From an uncultured beta proteobacterium (GTDB lineage: Bacteria; Pseudomonadota; Gammaproteobacteria; Burkholderiales; Burkholderiaceae_C), in the NCBI GenBank assembly GCA_963775015.1, contig CAVZHI010000021.1, positions 38,143 to 102,142 on the forward strand: a stretch of 64,000 nt of DNA. The letters run 5' to 3'. Below, piece by piece: positions 30,721-41,000 of the stretch (its first letter is position 1; each line of letters starts with the position of its first letter). The position numbers were made by a program, and so were the translations under genes. Below the pieces are notes generated by a model, which was not told the origin of the DNA, did not search any database, and saw only the letters and a list, made by a program, of their open reading frames with translations.

Positions 30721-32166
30721 CTAATTCGAGTTGCCGCTGTTAAAAACAGTGAGCTGTTGCGTGATGTAGCCCGACAGGCTGTTCAGCTGCGCCATCTGCC
30801 GGTCCAGCGCCGTGTACTGCGCGCGCAGGCGCTTCTCGACCTGGGCGATGCGATCCGTCATGCGGTCCTGGCGGTCCCGGTTCAGGTCGATGTTGCGGCG
30901 CAGGCCTTCGCTGCGCGTGCCAATCGTTCCGTCGGTTCCGAGCAGGTCGTTCGCCATCTTGCGAATCCGGGTCGCGATGCCGTCGTTCGCGGCGACGAGT
31001 GTGTCGACATTGCCGAACAGCTTCTGCGCTTCGACCGGATTGGCGAGCGCGCTCGTGATCTTTGTTTCATTGAGGCTGATCGAGCCGTCGCGTTGCACGT
31101 CGAATCCGGCCTCCGACAAACGCGTGAACGTGCTCGACGCGGCACTCGTCGAGCCGAGCAACTGGCGCAACTGGCTGCGTATCGTCAGCGCCGCGCTGTC
31201 GCCGTGCAGGCTGGTCGCGTTCTGCTCGGCGCTTCCCAGTTTGGTCTGATCGGCGAGCATCTTGTTCATGTCGTTGTACGCGCTCACGAAGGCGTCGATC
31301 GACTTGCGCAGCGCCGGCGTGTCGAGCGCCGCGCTCAGCTGCACCGGGCCCGATGTGACGCGGTTCAGGTTGATCGTCATGCCGTCGAGCACGTTCGTCA
31401 GCGTATTGCTTTCCGACGTGATCGGCAGGTTGTTCAGCGTCGCCGACGCGTTCGCCGCGGCGAGCGCCTGCGCCATCGTCAGGATCCCGACGGACGGGTC
31501 GTAGGCGAGCGCTGACAGACCCACACCGTCGCTGTCGTTGCCGTCGCTGTCGGCCACCGTGACCCGAAATGCGTTGGACGCACCCGACAGGCTCGAGCGC
31601 AGCACGAGCCGCGCACCGGTCGAATCGGTGAGCACCGAGGCGATCACGCCGGCACCCGAAGCGTTGATCTTGTCGCGCAGTTGTGCGAGCGACTGCGCCG
31701 GCGGGCCGGCGCTGATCTGCACCGCAGTGGCGCCGACCTTGGGCGTGAAGCTGCCCTGGCCCGGCCCCCACGTGCCGAGCTCGATCGTCAGCGTGCCTTC
31801 GCCGACCGGCGCGTCGGCGGAGGTAAAAACTCCGCTCGCGTTCGACTGGGCCGCGGCGAGCTGGTGCACCTGAATCGAATAGCTGCCCGCCTTCGTGTTC
31901 GCGCCGGTCGTGACGGTGGCCGCGCTCGGGTCGCTCGTGGCACCGGTGGTGCGGCTCCAGGTGTCGCTGCGCGTCAGCGCCGACGCCGCGTCGCGCAACG
32001 CGGAAATCGCCGACTTCACCTTGCCGTAGGTCGAGAGCTTGGTTTCTAACGCCTTCGCTTCGGTCTCGAGCTTGGTGAGCGGGACGCGTTCCACCGCCAC
32101 CAACTGGGTGATGATGCTGTTCACGTCCAACCCGCTGCCGACGCCGGGAGAAGAGATGCTGGGCAT
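30721..32166 (-). CDS. fliD: Flagellar filament cap protein FliD
   Basis: 481 aa. N-terminus GSGLDVNSIITQLVAVERVPLTKLE. C-terminal heptad region ...RLRAQYTALDRQMAQLNSLSGYITQQL. Confidence 0.9.
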   Translation of the reverse strand: MPSISSPGVGSGLDVNSIITQLVAVERVPLTKLETEAKALETKLSTYGKVKSAISALRDAASALTRSDTWSRTTGATSDPSAATVTTGANTKAGSYSIQVHQLAAAQSNASGVFTSADAPVGEGTLTIELGTWGPGQGSFTPKVGATAVQISAGPPAQSLAQLRDKINASGAGVIASVLTDSTGARLVLRSSLSGASNAFRVTVADSDGNDSDGVGLSALAYDPSVGILTMAQALAAANASATLNNLPITSESNTLTNVLDGMTINLNRVTSGPVQLSAALDTPALRKSIDAFVSAYNDMNKMLADQTKLGSAEQNATSLHGDSAALTIRSQLRQLLGSTSAASSTFTRLSEAGFDVQRDGSISLNETKITSALANPVEAQKLFGNVDTLVAANDGIATRIRKMANDLLGTDGTIGTRSEGLRRNIDLNRDRQDRMTDRIAQVEKRLRAQYTALDRQMAQLNSLSGYITQQLTVFNSGNSN

Positions 32167-32192
32167 GGGAGTGATCCTTTGTCGTCATCCGA

Positions 32193-32219
32193 CTTTCGGC
32201 AGGATTGCGGGCGACTTGA
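32193..32219 (-). promoter_or_regulatory. Candidate sigma-28 (FliA) promoter for fliD
   Basis: The minus strand reads TCAAG-N14-GCCGAAAG (E. coli consensus TAAAG-N14-GCCGATAA; TCAAG is the pseudomonad-type -35). The -10 lies about 27 nt upstream of the fliD ATG, with AAGGA RBS between. Confidence 0.4.
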
Positions 32220-32390
32220 GGCGGAGCGCGACGCGGCTGTGCACAACTGCGCAACGCCGACGCGAACCGGCGCGCGCCGGCGCGGCGCAGGCAGCCGCAA
32301 GGCGATGCCGCAGGGCACGGGTGGACCCCGGCGTGCACCGGGGTGACGTCAGTGGAGCGTGGACGCCGGATCGGCCGGCGCGGGGCGTGA

Positions 32391-33197
32391 TCAGCTGCGC
32401 AGCAGCTGCAACACCTGCTGCGGCAACTGGTTCGCTTGGGCGACCATCGCCGTGCCGGCCTGCTGCAAGATGTTCGCGCGCGACATGTTCGCGGTCTCGG
32501 CGGCGAAGTCGGCGTCCATGATGCGCCCGCGTGCCGCAGATTGGTTCTCGCCGGTGACTTGCAAATTGGTGATCGCAAACGCAAAGCGGCTCATCGCCGC
32601 GCCGTAGGTGGCGCGATCCGTGTTCACCGCGTCCAGGGCCGCATCGATGTCGGCCATCGCCGTGGAGGCGTTGGCTGCCGTCGTGACGTCGCCTGCGACC
32701 GCAGTGACGGTCACCGTGGTCATCGTCAGTGTGTCACCGTTGTTCGGCCCGACCTGGAACGTTTGCGCGCCTGCGCCGGCACCGACGATGGCCACGCCGT
32801 TGAACTTGGTCTGGTCGGCGACGCGTTGAATTTCAGCCGAAAGTTGCTGGTACTCGGAATCAAGATTCGCGCGGTCCGAAGTCCCGTTCGAGCCGTTCAA
32901 CGCCTGGATCGCGAGTTCGCGCATGCGCTGCAGCGCGTCGGTGATCGTGGACAGTGCGCCTTCGGCGGTCTGCGCCAGCGAGATGCCGTCGTTGGCATTG
33001 CGAATCGCCACATTGATGCCGCGAATCTGCGCGTTCATGCGGTCCGCGATCGCCAGGCCGGCCGCGTCGTCACGCGACGAGTTCACGCGCAGGCCCGACG
33101 ACAGGCGCTCCATCGACGTGGCGAGCGAGGTCTTCGACGTCGACAGGTTGCGCTGCGCGTTGAGCGAGGCGATGTTGGTGTTGATCGTCTGGGCCAT
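32391..33197 (-). CDS. fliC: Flagellin (short, about 268 aa), copy 1
   Basis: Start at MAQTINTNIASLNAQRNLSTSKTSLATSMERLSSGLRVNSSRDDAAGLAIA. C-terminus ...QANQLPQQVLQLLRS. Short Thr/Ala-rich central region. Confidence 0.9.
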   Translation of the reverse strand: MAQTINTNIASLNAQRNLSTSKTSLATSMERLSSGLRVNSSRDDAAGLAIADRMNAQIRGINVAIRNANDGISLAQTAEGALSTITDALQRMRELAIQALNGSNGTSDRANLDSEYQQLSAEIQRVADQTKFNGVAIVGAGAGAQTFQVGPNNGDTLTMTTVTVTAVAGDVTTAANASTAMADIDAALDAVNTDRATYGAAMSRFAFAITNLQVTGENQSAARGRIMDADFAAETANMSRANILQQAGTAMVAQANQLPQQVLQLLRS

Positions 33198-33412
33198 GCC
33201 GGCACTCCTTGAGAATCCACTTGGCTGCCGGCGCACGAGCCGGTCGGGTCAGACTCGAGAGAGCGGGTCTGCTGGGTGGATTCTTGAGCAGGGCTGGGGC
33301 TGCGGATCGCCCGATAAGGGAGGCGAAGCCGGCTCAGTTCGGCGCGGTGCGCGGTGCCGCTATCGAGTGAGAAGTCCGCCGTCAAAGCAAGGATGCAAGA
33401 CTCACAAGGGAG

Positions 33413-33436
33413 AAGGCCGCCCTGAAGGGCGGCCTT
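33413..33436 (-). terminator. Perfect 10-bp GC hairpin about 45 nt downstream of the flagellin copy 2 stop
   Basis: aaggccgccc-tgaa-gggcggcctt. The T-tract is weak on the minus strand. Confidence 0.4.
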
Positions 33437-33482
33437 GACGGCTTTTGGGCACCTCGTTTGGCGAGGGCCCGTGCTCCGCGGT

Positions 33483-34286
33483 CTAACGAAGCAGCGCCAG
33501 CACCTGGTTGGGCAACTGATTTGCTTGCGCCACCATCGCGCTGCCGGCCTGCTGCATGATCTGCGCTCGAGACAGATTCGCCGTTTCCGCGGCGAAGTCT
33601 GCGTCGATGATGCGACCGCGCGCCGCCGATTGGTTCTCGCCTGTCACTTGCAGGTTGTTGATCGCATACGAGAAGCGGCTCATCGCGGCACCGTAGGTCG
33701 CACGATCCGTGTTGATCGTCGTGAGCGCAGTGTCGAGTGCGTCCACGGCAGTTGACGCGTTCGCCGCCGTGGTCAGGTCACCGGTCACGGTCGCGACTGC
33801 GTTCGTCGTGATCGTGAGCGTGTCGCCATTGTTCGGGCCGATCTGGAAGGTCTGACCGCCGGCGCCGGCGCCGACGATGGCTACGCCATTGAACTTGGTC
33901 TGCGAGCCGATGCGCGTGATTTCTGCGGAGAGTTGCTGATACTCCGTGTCGAGGTTGGCACGGTCGGTGGTGCCGTTCGATCCGTTCTGCGCCTGAATCG
34001 CCAGCTCACGCATGCGTTGCAGCGCATCGGTGATCGTTGCCAGCGCGCCTTCAGCGGTTTGCGCCACTGAAATGCCGTCGTTGGCGTTGCGGATCGCGAC
34101 GTTGATGCCGCGGATCTGGCCTTCCATGCGCCCGGCGATGGCCAGGCCGGCGGCGTCGTCTTTGGCCGAATTGACCCGCAACCCCGAGGACAAGCGCTCC
34201 ATCGAGGTGGCGAGCGACGTTTTGGACGTCGACAGGTTGCGTTGCGCGTTCAGCGAAACGACGTTGGTGTTGATGGTCATTGCCAC
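33483..34286 (-). CDS. fliC: Flagellin (short, 267 aa), copy 2
   Basis: MAMTINTNVVSLNAQRNLSTSKTSLATSMERLSSGLRVNSAKDDAAGLAIA...QANQLPNQVLALLR. Paralogous to copy 1 along its full length. Confidence 0.9.
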   Translation of the reverse strand: MAMTINTNVVSLNAQRNLSTSKTSLATSMERLSSGLRVNSAKDDAAGLAIAGRMEGQIRGINVAIRNANDGISVAQTAEGALATITDALQRMRELAIQAQNGSNGTTDRANLDTEYQQLSAEITRIGSQTKFNGVAIVGAGAGGQTFQIGPNNGDTLTITTNAVATVTGDLTTAANASTAVDALDTALTTINTDRATYGAAMSRFSYAINNLQVTGENQSAARGRIIDADFAAETANLSRAQIMQQAGSAMVAQANQLPNQVLALLR

Positions 34287-34365
34287 GGTAGGGGCTCCTT
34301 GCGGTTGATGTGACTCGGCTGCCTGGGCGGCCTACGCGCCCGGATTTCCAGTTGCGTTGCTCTCG

Positions 34366-34393
34366 TTATCGGTGTCGGTCCGACTTGACTTGA
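34366..34393 (-). promoter_or_regulatory. Candidate sigma-28 (FliA) promoter for flagellin copy 2
   Basis: The minus strand reads TCAAGTCAAGTCGGACCGACACCGATAA. The distal TCAAG gives TCAAG-N15-ACCGATAA (7/8 match to GCCGATAA). It lies about 80 nt upstream of the ATG. Confidence 0.5.
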
Positions 34394-34480
34394 GGGTGAA
34401 TTTGGATTCGCGTGAAAAATTCATCAAACATGTCAAGAGACCCGGTCGACGAATAAGAAGGCATTGAGCCCGGCTTATCG

Positions 34481-35771
34481 GTGCTTCGGGCGGCAACTGA
34501 AGTGATGCCATCACGGCCTATGCAACGTGTCGCCGAATTCGCCCGCACACCCGGCTCCAAGGCGCTGGCAGAAGCGCCGCAGCGCCAATCCATCGCACTC
34601 GTGATGATCGTTCGCGACGAGGCGCGCTGTATAGAAAGGTGCCTGAACAGCGTGCGGCCCTGGGTCGATCAGATGCTCGTTCTGGACACGGGCTCGCGCG
34701 ATGCGACGCCGCAGATTGCGCAGCGCTGCGGGGCGCTGGTCAAGCAGTTCTCCTGGGTCGACGACTTTTCGGCGGCGCGCAACGCCGCGCTCGCGTTCAC
34801 CGACGCGCCATGGCGGCTCGTGCTCGACGCCGACGAGTGGCTCGTCGGCGGCGGTGAAGCGCTTGCCGAGCTGCGTGGTGATCCTCCAGCGTTCCTCGGC
34901 CTGATCCAGGTGGCGAGCCGAATCGACCCAGGGCAAACCGACGCGCCGAGCTGGCTGCCGCGCTTGTTGCCCGCCGGCGTGCGCTACTCCGGTCGCATCC
35001 ACGAGCAGCCCGAATCAGCGCTGCCCCGGCGCCGCCTTCGGCTGCGCGTGGCGCACGACGGTTATCTCGCCGCACAGCGCGCCGCCAAGGCGGGGCGCAA
35101 TCGCAGGCTGCTCGAGATGGCGCTGGCGCAGGATCCGGACGACGCCTATTGGAACTACCAGCTCGGCAAGGACCTGGAGGTGAACTCGGAATTCGCGCAG
35201 GCAGAGCCCTGCTACGCCCGGGCCAACGCCGGCGCCGCAGCGGATGCCGCGTGGCGCCACGACCTCGTCGTGCGCTGGCTGTTCACGCTGAAGAAACTGG
35301 GCGCAGGTCGACGCTGCGCTGCGCATCGCCGGCGTCGAGCAGGCGTCTTGGGCGCGTTCGCCCGACTTCCACTTCACGCTCGGGGACGTGCTCTTGGAGT
35401 GCGCCATTCGGCGTCCGCAACAGGCGCCCGAGCTGTTGCCGAAGATCGAGGCGGCGTGGGAACGCGCGCTGCAGATCGGCGAGCGGCCCGACCTGCCCGA
35501 CACGGTGCGCGGCCGCGGCAGCTTCCTCGCCGCGCACAACCTGGCCGTGTTCCATGCAAGCCTCGGCCGCGCCGAAGAAGCGCGGCGCTGGGAGCAGCGG
35601 GCGCTGCGGCTGCGACAGGCGCCGACCTGGAACTCGAACTGGCGGGCTGACGCAGGCGTATTTCGCGCTTCAGCGCCTCTGCCTCGCCCTAGATTAGCCG
35701 AGCCGCCACTTCGCCGTGCCGACCCTGCTGCCCGTTCGCGGGGATCGCGCCTGCCCCGCCATGCCTCTTGA
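34481..35771 (+). pseudogene. GT2-family glycosyltransferase with C-terminal TPR-like region (GmaR-like architecture), frame disruption near 35303; both ends uncertain
   Basis: GT2 strings IALVMIVRDEARCIERCLNSV, VLDTGSRDAT and LVLDADEW (DxD). After ...WLFTLKKLG the sensible sequence continues in another frame (VDAALRIAGVEQASWARSPDFHFTLGDVLLECAIRRPQQAPELLPKIEAAWERAL...). Confidence 0.65.
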
Positions 35772-37713
35772 CCTGCCCGCCCCCTCAACGCCGACTGCGC
35801 CGCATGCGGCGGCCAAACACGCGCGCGCCTACCGCCATTGGTTCGCAGGCCAGGGTCACGCCGAGCGCGACGACTGGCGCGGCGCAGTGCGAGCGTTCGA
35901 GCAGGCAGACACCTTGTGCCGTGACAGTGCCTACGCGCTCGCCGCGATCCACGCCTTGATCAAGGCCGATCGCTCCGAAGACGCGGCGCGGCGCGCGCGC
36001 GAGTTGCGCGAGCGTGAGCCGCGCAGCGCAATCGCACACATCCTCGAGTCGCACGCGTTGCTGAATCTGGGCCGTCCGGAAGAAGCGGTCGAATGCCTGC
36101 ACGCCTTGCCCGGAGATGTGCCGCGCGACCATCAGCATCTCGTCGCGCTCGCCGTCGCGCTACAGCGTTGCCGGCGCCACCAAGACGCGATCCGCGGTTT
36201 TCTCGGCGCGCTGGCGCTGAAGATCGACGATTCGATTTCGCACTTCCGCCTCGGAATGTCGTTCAAGGACATCGGCATGAAGGCCGAAGCCGCGGAGTGC
36301 GTTCGCACCGCGGTCGTGCTGGGCGTGGGCAGCAGCGACTTGGCAGCGCGCGGTCAGCTCGCGTTTTACGAGCGCGAGGCGTGCCGTTGGCGCGAAGCGC
36401 AGGACGCTTTCGCTGCGCTGCGCGAGCGGGTGATGGCGCTGCCCGACGCGACGCCGATGGAGGCCGCGCCATTCGTCCACGCTGTGCTCTGCGCCGACCC
36501 GCAGGAGCAGCTCAAGGTGGCGCGGCACCACATGCTGCACATCGAGCGCAGCGTGGTCGCGCTGCCGCGCCGCGTGGCGCGGGCGCACGCGGGGCGTTTG
36601 CGTGTCGGTTATTTGTCGGCCGACTTCCACCAGCACGCGACGTCGCAGCTCGTCGCCCAGGCGTTCGAGGCGCACGACCGGGAGGGCCTTGAAGTGACGC
36701 TGTTTTCCGCCGGCCCGGATGACGCGAGCCCGATGCGCGCGCGCATCCGCAGCGCGTGCGAACACTTTGTCGAGTTGCGCGGGATGGGCTTTGCGGCGAT
36801 GGCGCGGCGCATCCGCGAAGCGAATGTCGATATCCTCGTCGATCTGAAAGGCGCAACCCATGACACACTGCTGCCGGTTCTCGCGCACCGCCCGGCGCCG
36901 CTGCAGGTGAATTGGCTCGGCTTCCCGGGAACCTCGGGGGCGCGGTTCATCGACTACATCGTCGGCGACCCGGTCGTGACACCGCTCGCCGATGCCGCCG
37001 ATTTCAGCGAAAAAATCGCTCAGCTGCCGCTGTGCTATCAGCCCAATGATTCATTGCGCGATCGCCCCGCTGCGAGCGGGCGCGCGCAGTGGGGCTTGCC
37101 CGAGGGCAAGGTGCTGCTCTGCGCGTTTCACCAGTCGTACAAGATTTCGGCCGAGGTCTTCGAAGCCTGGTGCGGATTGCTCCACGAATTGCCCGACGCC
37201 TGCCTGTGGCTGCTGGAATGGAACCGCAACGTCGGGCTCGCTCTGCAGCGCGCGGCGCAGGAGCGCGGCATCACGCCGAACCGGCTCGTGTTTTCGCCCG
37301 TCTTGCCCCTTGCGCAACACTTGAAGCGTCTCGCCGAGGCCGATCTCTATATAGACGCATGGCCGTGCAACGCCCACACGACCGCCAGCGAAGCGCTGTG
37401 GCTGGGCGTTCCGGTGGTCAGCCTGCGCGGCAAGACCTTTTCCCAGCGCGTCGCGGCGAGCGCGCTGAACGCCGTGGCGCTGCCGGATCTCGCGTGCGCC
37501 GACCTCAACGCCTACCGCGCGACGATCCTCGCGCTCGCCGGCGACGCGCCGCGCCGCGCAGCGCTGCGCCAGCACCTCGAAGTGCAGGCCGCACGGAGCC
37601 CGCTGTTCCAAGGCGCCGGATTCGCGCGCGAGCTCGAGAAGCTGTATCGGCGCATGTGGGAGCGCGCGGTCGCCGGCCTGGCGCCTGAGCACCTGGAAGC
37701 AGCGCACGGTTAG
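35761..37713 (+). CDS. TPR + GT41-family (OGT/SPINDLY-like) glycosyltransferase, copy 1
   Basis: N-terminal TPR-like helices. The catalytic part LRVGYLSADFHQHATSQL...ILVDLKGATHDT...RPAPLQVNWLGFPGTSGARFIDYIVGDPVVTP...KIAQLPLCYQPND is collinear with the eukaryotic OGT catalytic core as recalled (RVGYVSSDFGNHPTSHL...RPAPIQAMWLGYPGTSGA..DYIITD). Confidence 0.85.
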   Translation: MPLDLPAPSTPTAPHAAAKHARAYRHWFAGQGHAERDDWRGAVRAFEQADTLCRDSAYALAAIHALIKADRSEDAARRARELREREPRSAIAHILESHALLNLGRPEEAVECLHALPGDVPRDHQHLVALAVALQRCRRHQDAIRGFLGALALKIDDSISHFRLGMSFKDIGMKAEAAECVRTAVVLGVGSSDLAARGQLAFYEREACRWREAQDAFAALRERVMALPDATPMEAAPFVHAVLCADPQEQLKVARHHMLHIERSVVALPRRVARAHAGRLRVGYLSADFHQHATSQLVAQAFEAHDREGLEVTLFSAGPDDASPMRARIRSACEHFVELRGMGFAAMARRIREANVDILVDLKGATHDTLLPVLAHRPAPLQVNWLGFPGTSGARFIDYIVGDPVVTPLADAADFSEKIAQLPLCYQPNDSLRDRPAASGRAQWGLPEGKVLLCAFHQSYKISAEVFEAWCGLLHELPDACLWLLEWNRNVGLALQRAAQERGITPNRLVFSPVLPLAQHLKRLAEADLYIDAWPCNAHTTASEALWLGVPVVSLRGKTFSQRVAASALNAVALPDLACADLNAYRATILALAGDAPRRAALRQHLEVQAARSPLFQGAGFARELEKLYRRMWERAVAGLAPEHLEAAHG

Positions 37714-37865
37714 GCCACGGCCAGGCCAGTTCACACTGCGCTGCCGGTGCGAGCCGGGCCGGCAGGGCGCAGGGCCAGTGCAGAGTTGGCGAAAAGCTCG
37801 TGTGTCTTGGCCCGCCATGCGCTGACAAGTCACGAACCGGCCGTTCGATCCGGCTCAAACGCGGC

Positions 37866-37892
37866 TCAAGTCGATTCGGCCCGCACCGATAT
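37866..37892 (+). promoter_or_regulatory. Candidate sigma-28 (FliA) promoter upstream of giant repeat gene 1
   Basis: TCAAG-N14-ACCGATAT (tcaagtcgattcggcccgcaccgatat), with canonical spacing and a 6/8 match in the -10. About 184 nt upstream of ATG 38076. Shares the extended TCAAGTCG with the fliD and fliC candidate sites. Confidence 0.4.
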
Positions 37893-38075
37893 CCCGACTG
37901 AACCGTAAGGGTGGAACGTTGGCGGTAGGGCCTCGAGCTTTGCCGTGGGCGCTCGACCGTTCGAGACACACCATGACATTGCCTGTTCAAGCGTCGAGCA
38001 CAACCCGGCCACCGCGCCGGCTTGTCGCGCTCGCCTCGAGCGGCGCCGCCGAACACTGAGAACAAGGAATTTCCC

Positions 38076-41000
38076 ATGGCCACCATCATCCCGAATCTGT
38101 CGACCGCGATCATCGCGGGCCTGTCCACAGCCACCATTGCGGGCCTGTCGACGGAGGACTGGGCGGCGTTCAGTACGGCGCAGATCGCTGCACTGACGAC
38201 GGCGCAGGTCGCGGTCATCGGTACCGCAGCGGTGCCGGCGCTGAGCTCGGATCACATGGCGGCGTTCGAGACCGCCGACCTGCGCGCGATCAATTCTGCG
38301 GCGCTGCGCGCGTTGTCTAGCGACCAGCTCGGCGCGCTGTCGTCGAACCAGATCGGCGCGCTCACGACGGGCCAGGTCGCCGTCCTCACGACGACCCAGG
38401 TCACGCAACTCGCGAGCGATGACCTGAATGCCCTGACAACACAGCAGTTTGCAGCACTCACCAGCGCCCAGGCGATCGCCCTCACCACAGACCAGATCGC
38501 CGCCCTGGAAAGCGCTGACCTCCGGTCGCTGAGCAGCGCAGCGCTGCGTGGCTGGAGCACCGATCAGCTCGGAGCCTTGAGTTCAGACAACATGGCGGCG
38601 CTGACCACAAGCCAGGTCACGGCGCTCACAACAGCACAAATCGCCAGCCTGGCGAGCGACGACCTGAACGCATTTGGAACGACGCAATTCTCTGCGCTGA
38701 CGACAGCCCAAGTCGCGAGCCTGACGTCGAGCCAGATCAGCACCCTGGAGAGCGCGGATCTGCGGGCCTTGGGCACGGCGCAGTACGCCGCGCTGAACAG
38801 CGCCCAGGTGCAGGGCCTCGGAACGGATCAGATGGCGGCTCTGGAGAGCGCTGACCTGCGCTCGATCAACACCGCGGCATTGCGCAGCCTGAGCACCGAC
38901 CAACTCGCCGCCTTGAACAGCGACCAGATGGGCGCGCTGACGACGGGCCAGGTCGCAGCCCTGACCACAAGCCAGATCGCCGGTCTGGGAAGCGACGACC
39001 TGAACGCGCTGACCACAGCACAGTTTGCGTCCCTGACCAGCGCCCAAGCGATTGCGCTCACGACAGACCAGATCCCGAGCCTGGAGAGCTCCGACCTGCG
39101 AGCCCTGAGCACCGCAGCCCTGCGCGGCTGGAGCACGGAGCAGCTCGGCGCGCTGAGCTCAGACAACATGGCCGCGCTGACCACAAGCCAGGTCATCGCA
39201 CTGACCACGGCTCAAATCGCCAGCCTGGTGAGCGACGACCTGAACGCGTTCGGCACGACGCAGTTTGCTGCGCTGACGACAGCGCAAGTCGCGAGCCTGA
39301 CCTCGAGCCAGATCAGCACCCTGGAGAGCGCCGACCTGCGGGCCTTGGGCACGGCGCAATACGCCGCGCTGAGCAGCGCCCAGATGCAGGGCCTGTCGAG
39401 CGACCAGATGCTGGCTCTGGAGAGCGCTGACCTGCGCTCGATCAACACCGCAGCGCTGCGAAGCCTGACCACCGACCAACTCGCCGCCTTGAGCAGCGAC
39501 CAGATGGGCGCACTGACGACGGTGCCAGGTCGCCGCCCTGACGACAAGCCAGATCGCCGGTCTGGGCAGCGACGACCTGAACGCCCTGACGACGCAGCAG
39601 TTTGCATCGCTGACCAGCGCCCAGGCGATCGCGCTCACGACAGACCAGATCCCGAGCCTGGAGAGCGCTGACCTGCGAGCCCTGAGCACCGCAGCGCTGC
39701 GTGGCTGGAGCACGGACCAGCTCGGCGCGCTGAGCTCAGACAACATGGCGGCGCTGACGACGACGCAAGTCGCAGCCCTGACGACCGCTCAAATCGCCAG
39801 CCTGGTGAGCGACGACCTGAACGCATTCGGAACGACGCAATTCTCTGCGCTGACGACAGCCCAAGTCGCAAGCCTGACATCGAGCCAGATCAGCACGCTG
39901 GAGAGCGCCGACCTGCGGGCCTTGGGCACGGCGCAATACGCCGCGCTGAACAGCGCTCAGGTGCAGGGCCTGTCGAGCGACCAGATGGCTGCTCTGGAGA
40001 GCGCTGACCTGCGCTCGATCAACACCGCAGCGCTGCGAAGCCTCACCACCGACCAGCTCGCTGCACTGAGCAGCGACCAGATGGCCGCACTGACGACGGT
40101 GCAAGTCCCCGCCCTCACGACAAGCCAGATCGCCGGCCTGGGCAGCGACGACCTGAACGCCCTGACGACGCAGCAGTTTGCATCGCTCACCAGCGCCCAG
40201 GCGATCGCCCTCACCACAGACCAGATCGCCGCCCTGGAAAGCGCTGACCTGCGAGCCCTCAGCACCGCAGCGCTGCGCGGCTGGAGCACCGACCAGCTCG
40301 GAGCCCTGAGTTCAGACAACATGGCGGCGCTCACGACGACGCAAGTCGCAGCCCTCACGACCGCCCAGATCGCGAGCCTGGTGAGCGACGACCTGAACGC
40401 ATTTGGAACGACGCAATTCTCTGCGCTGACGACAGCCCAAGTCGCGAGCCTGACCTCGAGCCAGATCAGCACGCTGGAGAGCGCCGACCTGCGGGCCTTG
40501 GGCACGGCGCAATACGCCGCGCTGAACAGCGCCCAGGTGCAGGGTCTGGCAGCGACCAGATGGCGGCTCTGGAGGCTGCTGACCTGCGCTCGATCAACAC
40601 CGCAGCGCTGCGAAGCCTGACCACCGACCAGCTCGCCGCCCTGAGCAGCGACCAGATGGCCGCACTGACGACGGTGCAAGTCCCCGCCCTCACGACGAGC
40701 CAGATCGCCGGCCTGGGCAGCGACGACCTGAACGCCCTGACGACGCAGCAGTTTGCATCGCTCACCAGCGCCCAGGCGATCGCCCTCACCACAGACCAGA
40801 TCGCCGCCCTGGAAAGCGCTGACCTCCGGTCGCTGAGCAGCGCAGCGCTGCGTGGCTGGAGCACCGACCAGCTCGGAGCCCTGAGTTCAGACAACATGGC
40901 GGCGCTCACGACGACGCAAGTCGCAGCCCTCACGACCGCCCAGATCGCGAGCCTGGTGAGCGACGACCTGAACGCATTTGGAACGACGCAATTCTCCGCG

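Noticed and set aside
33300-33325. Plus-strand GCCCGATAAG resembling a sigma-28 -10 box between the two flagellin genes
   Set aside because: It has no matching -35 at the right spacing and no plus-strand gene downstream. It is probably a chance match.
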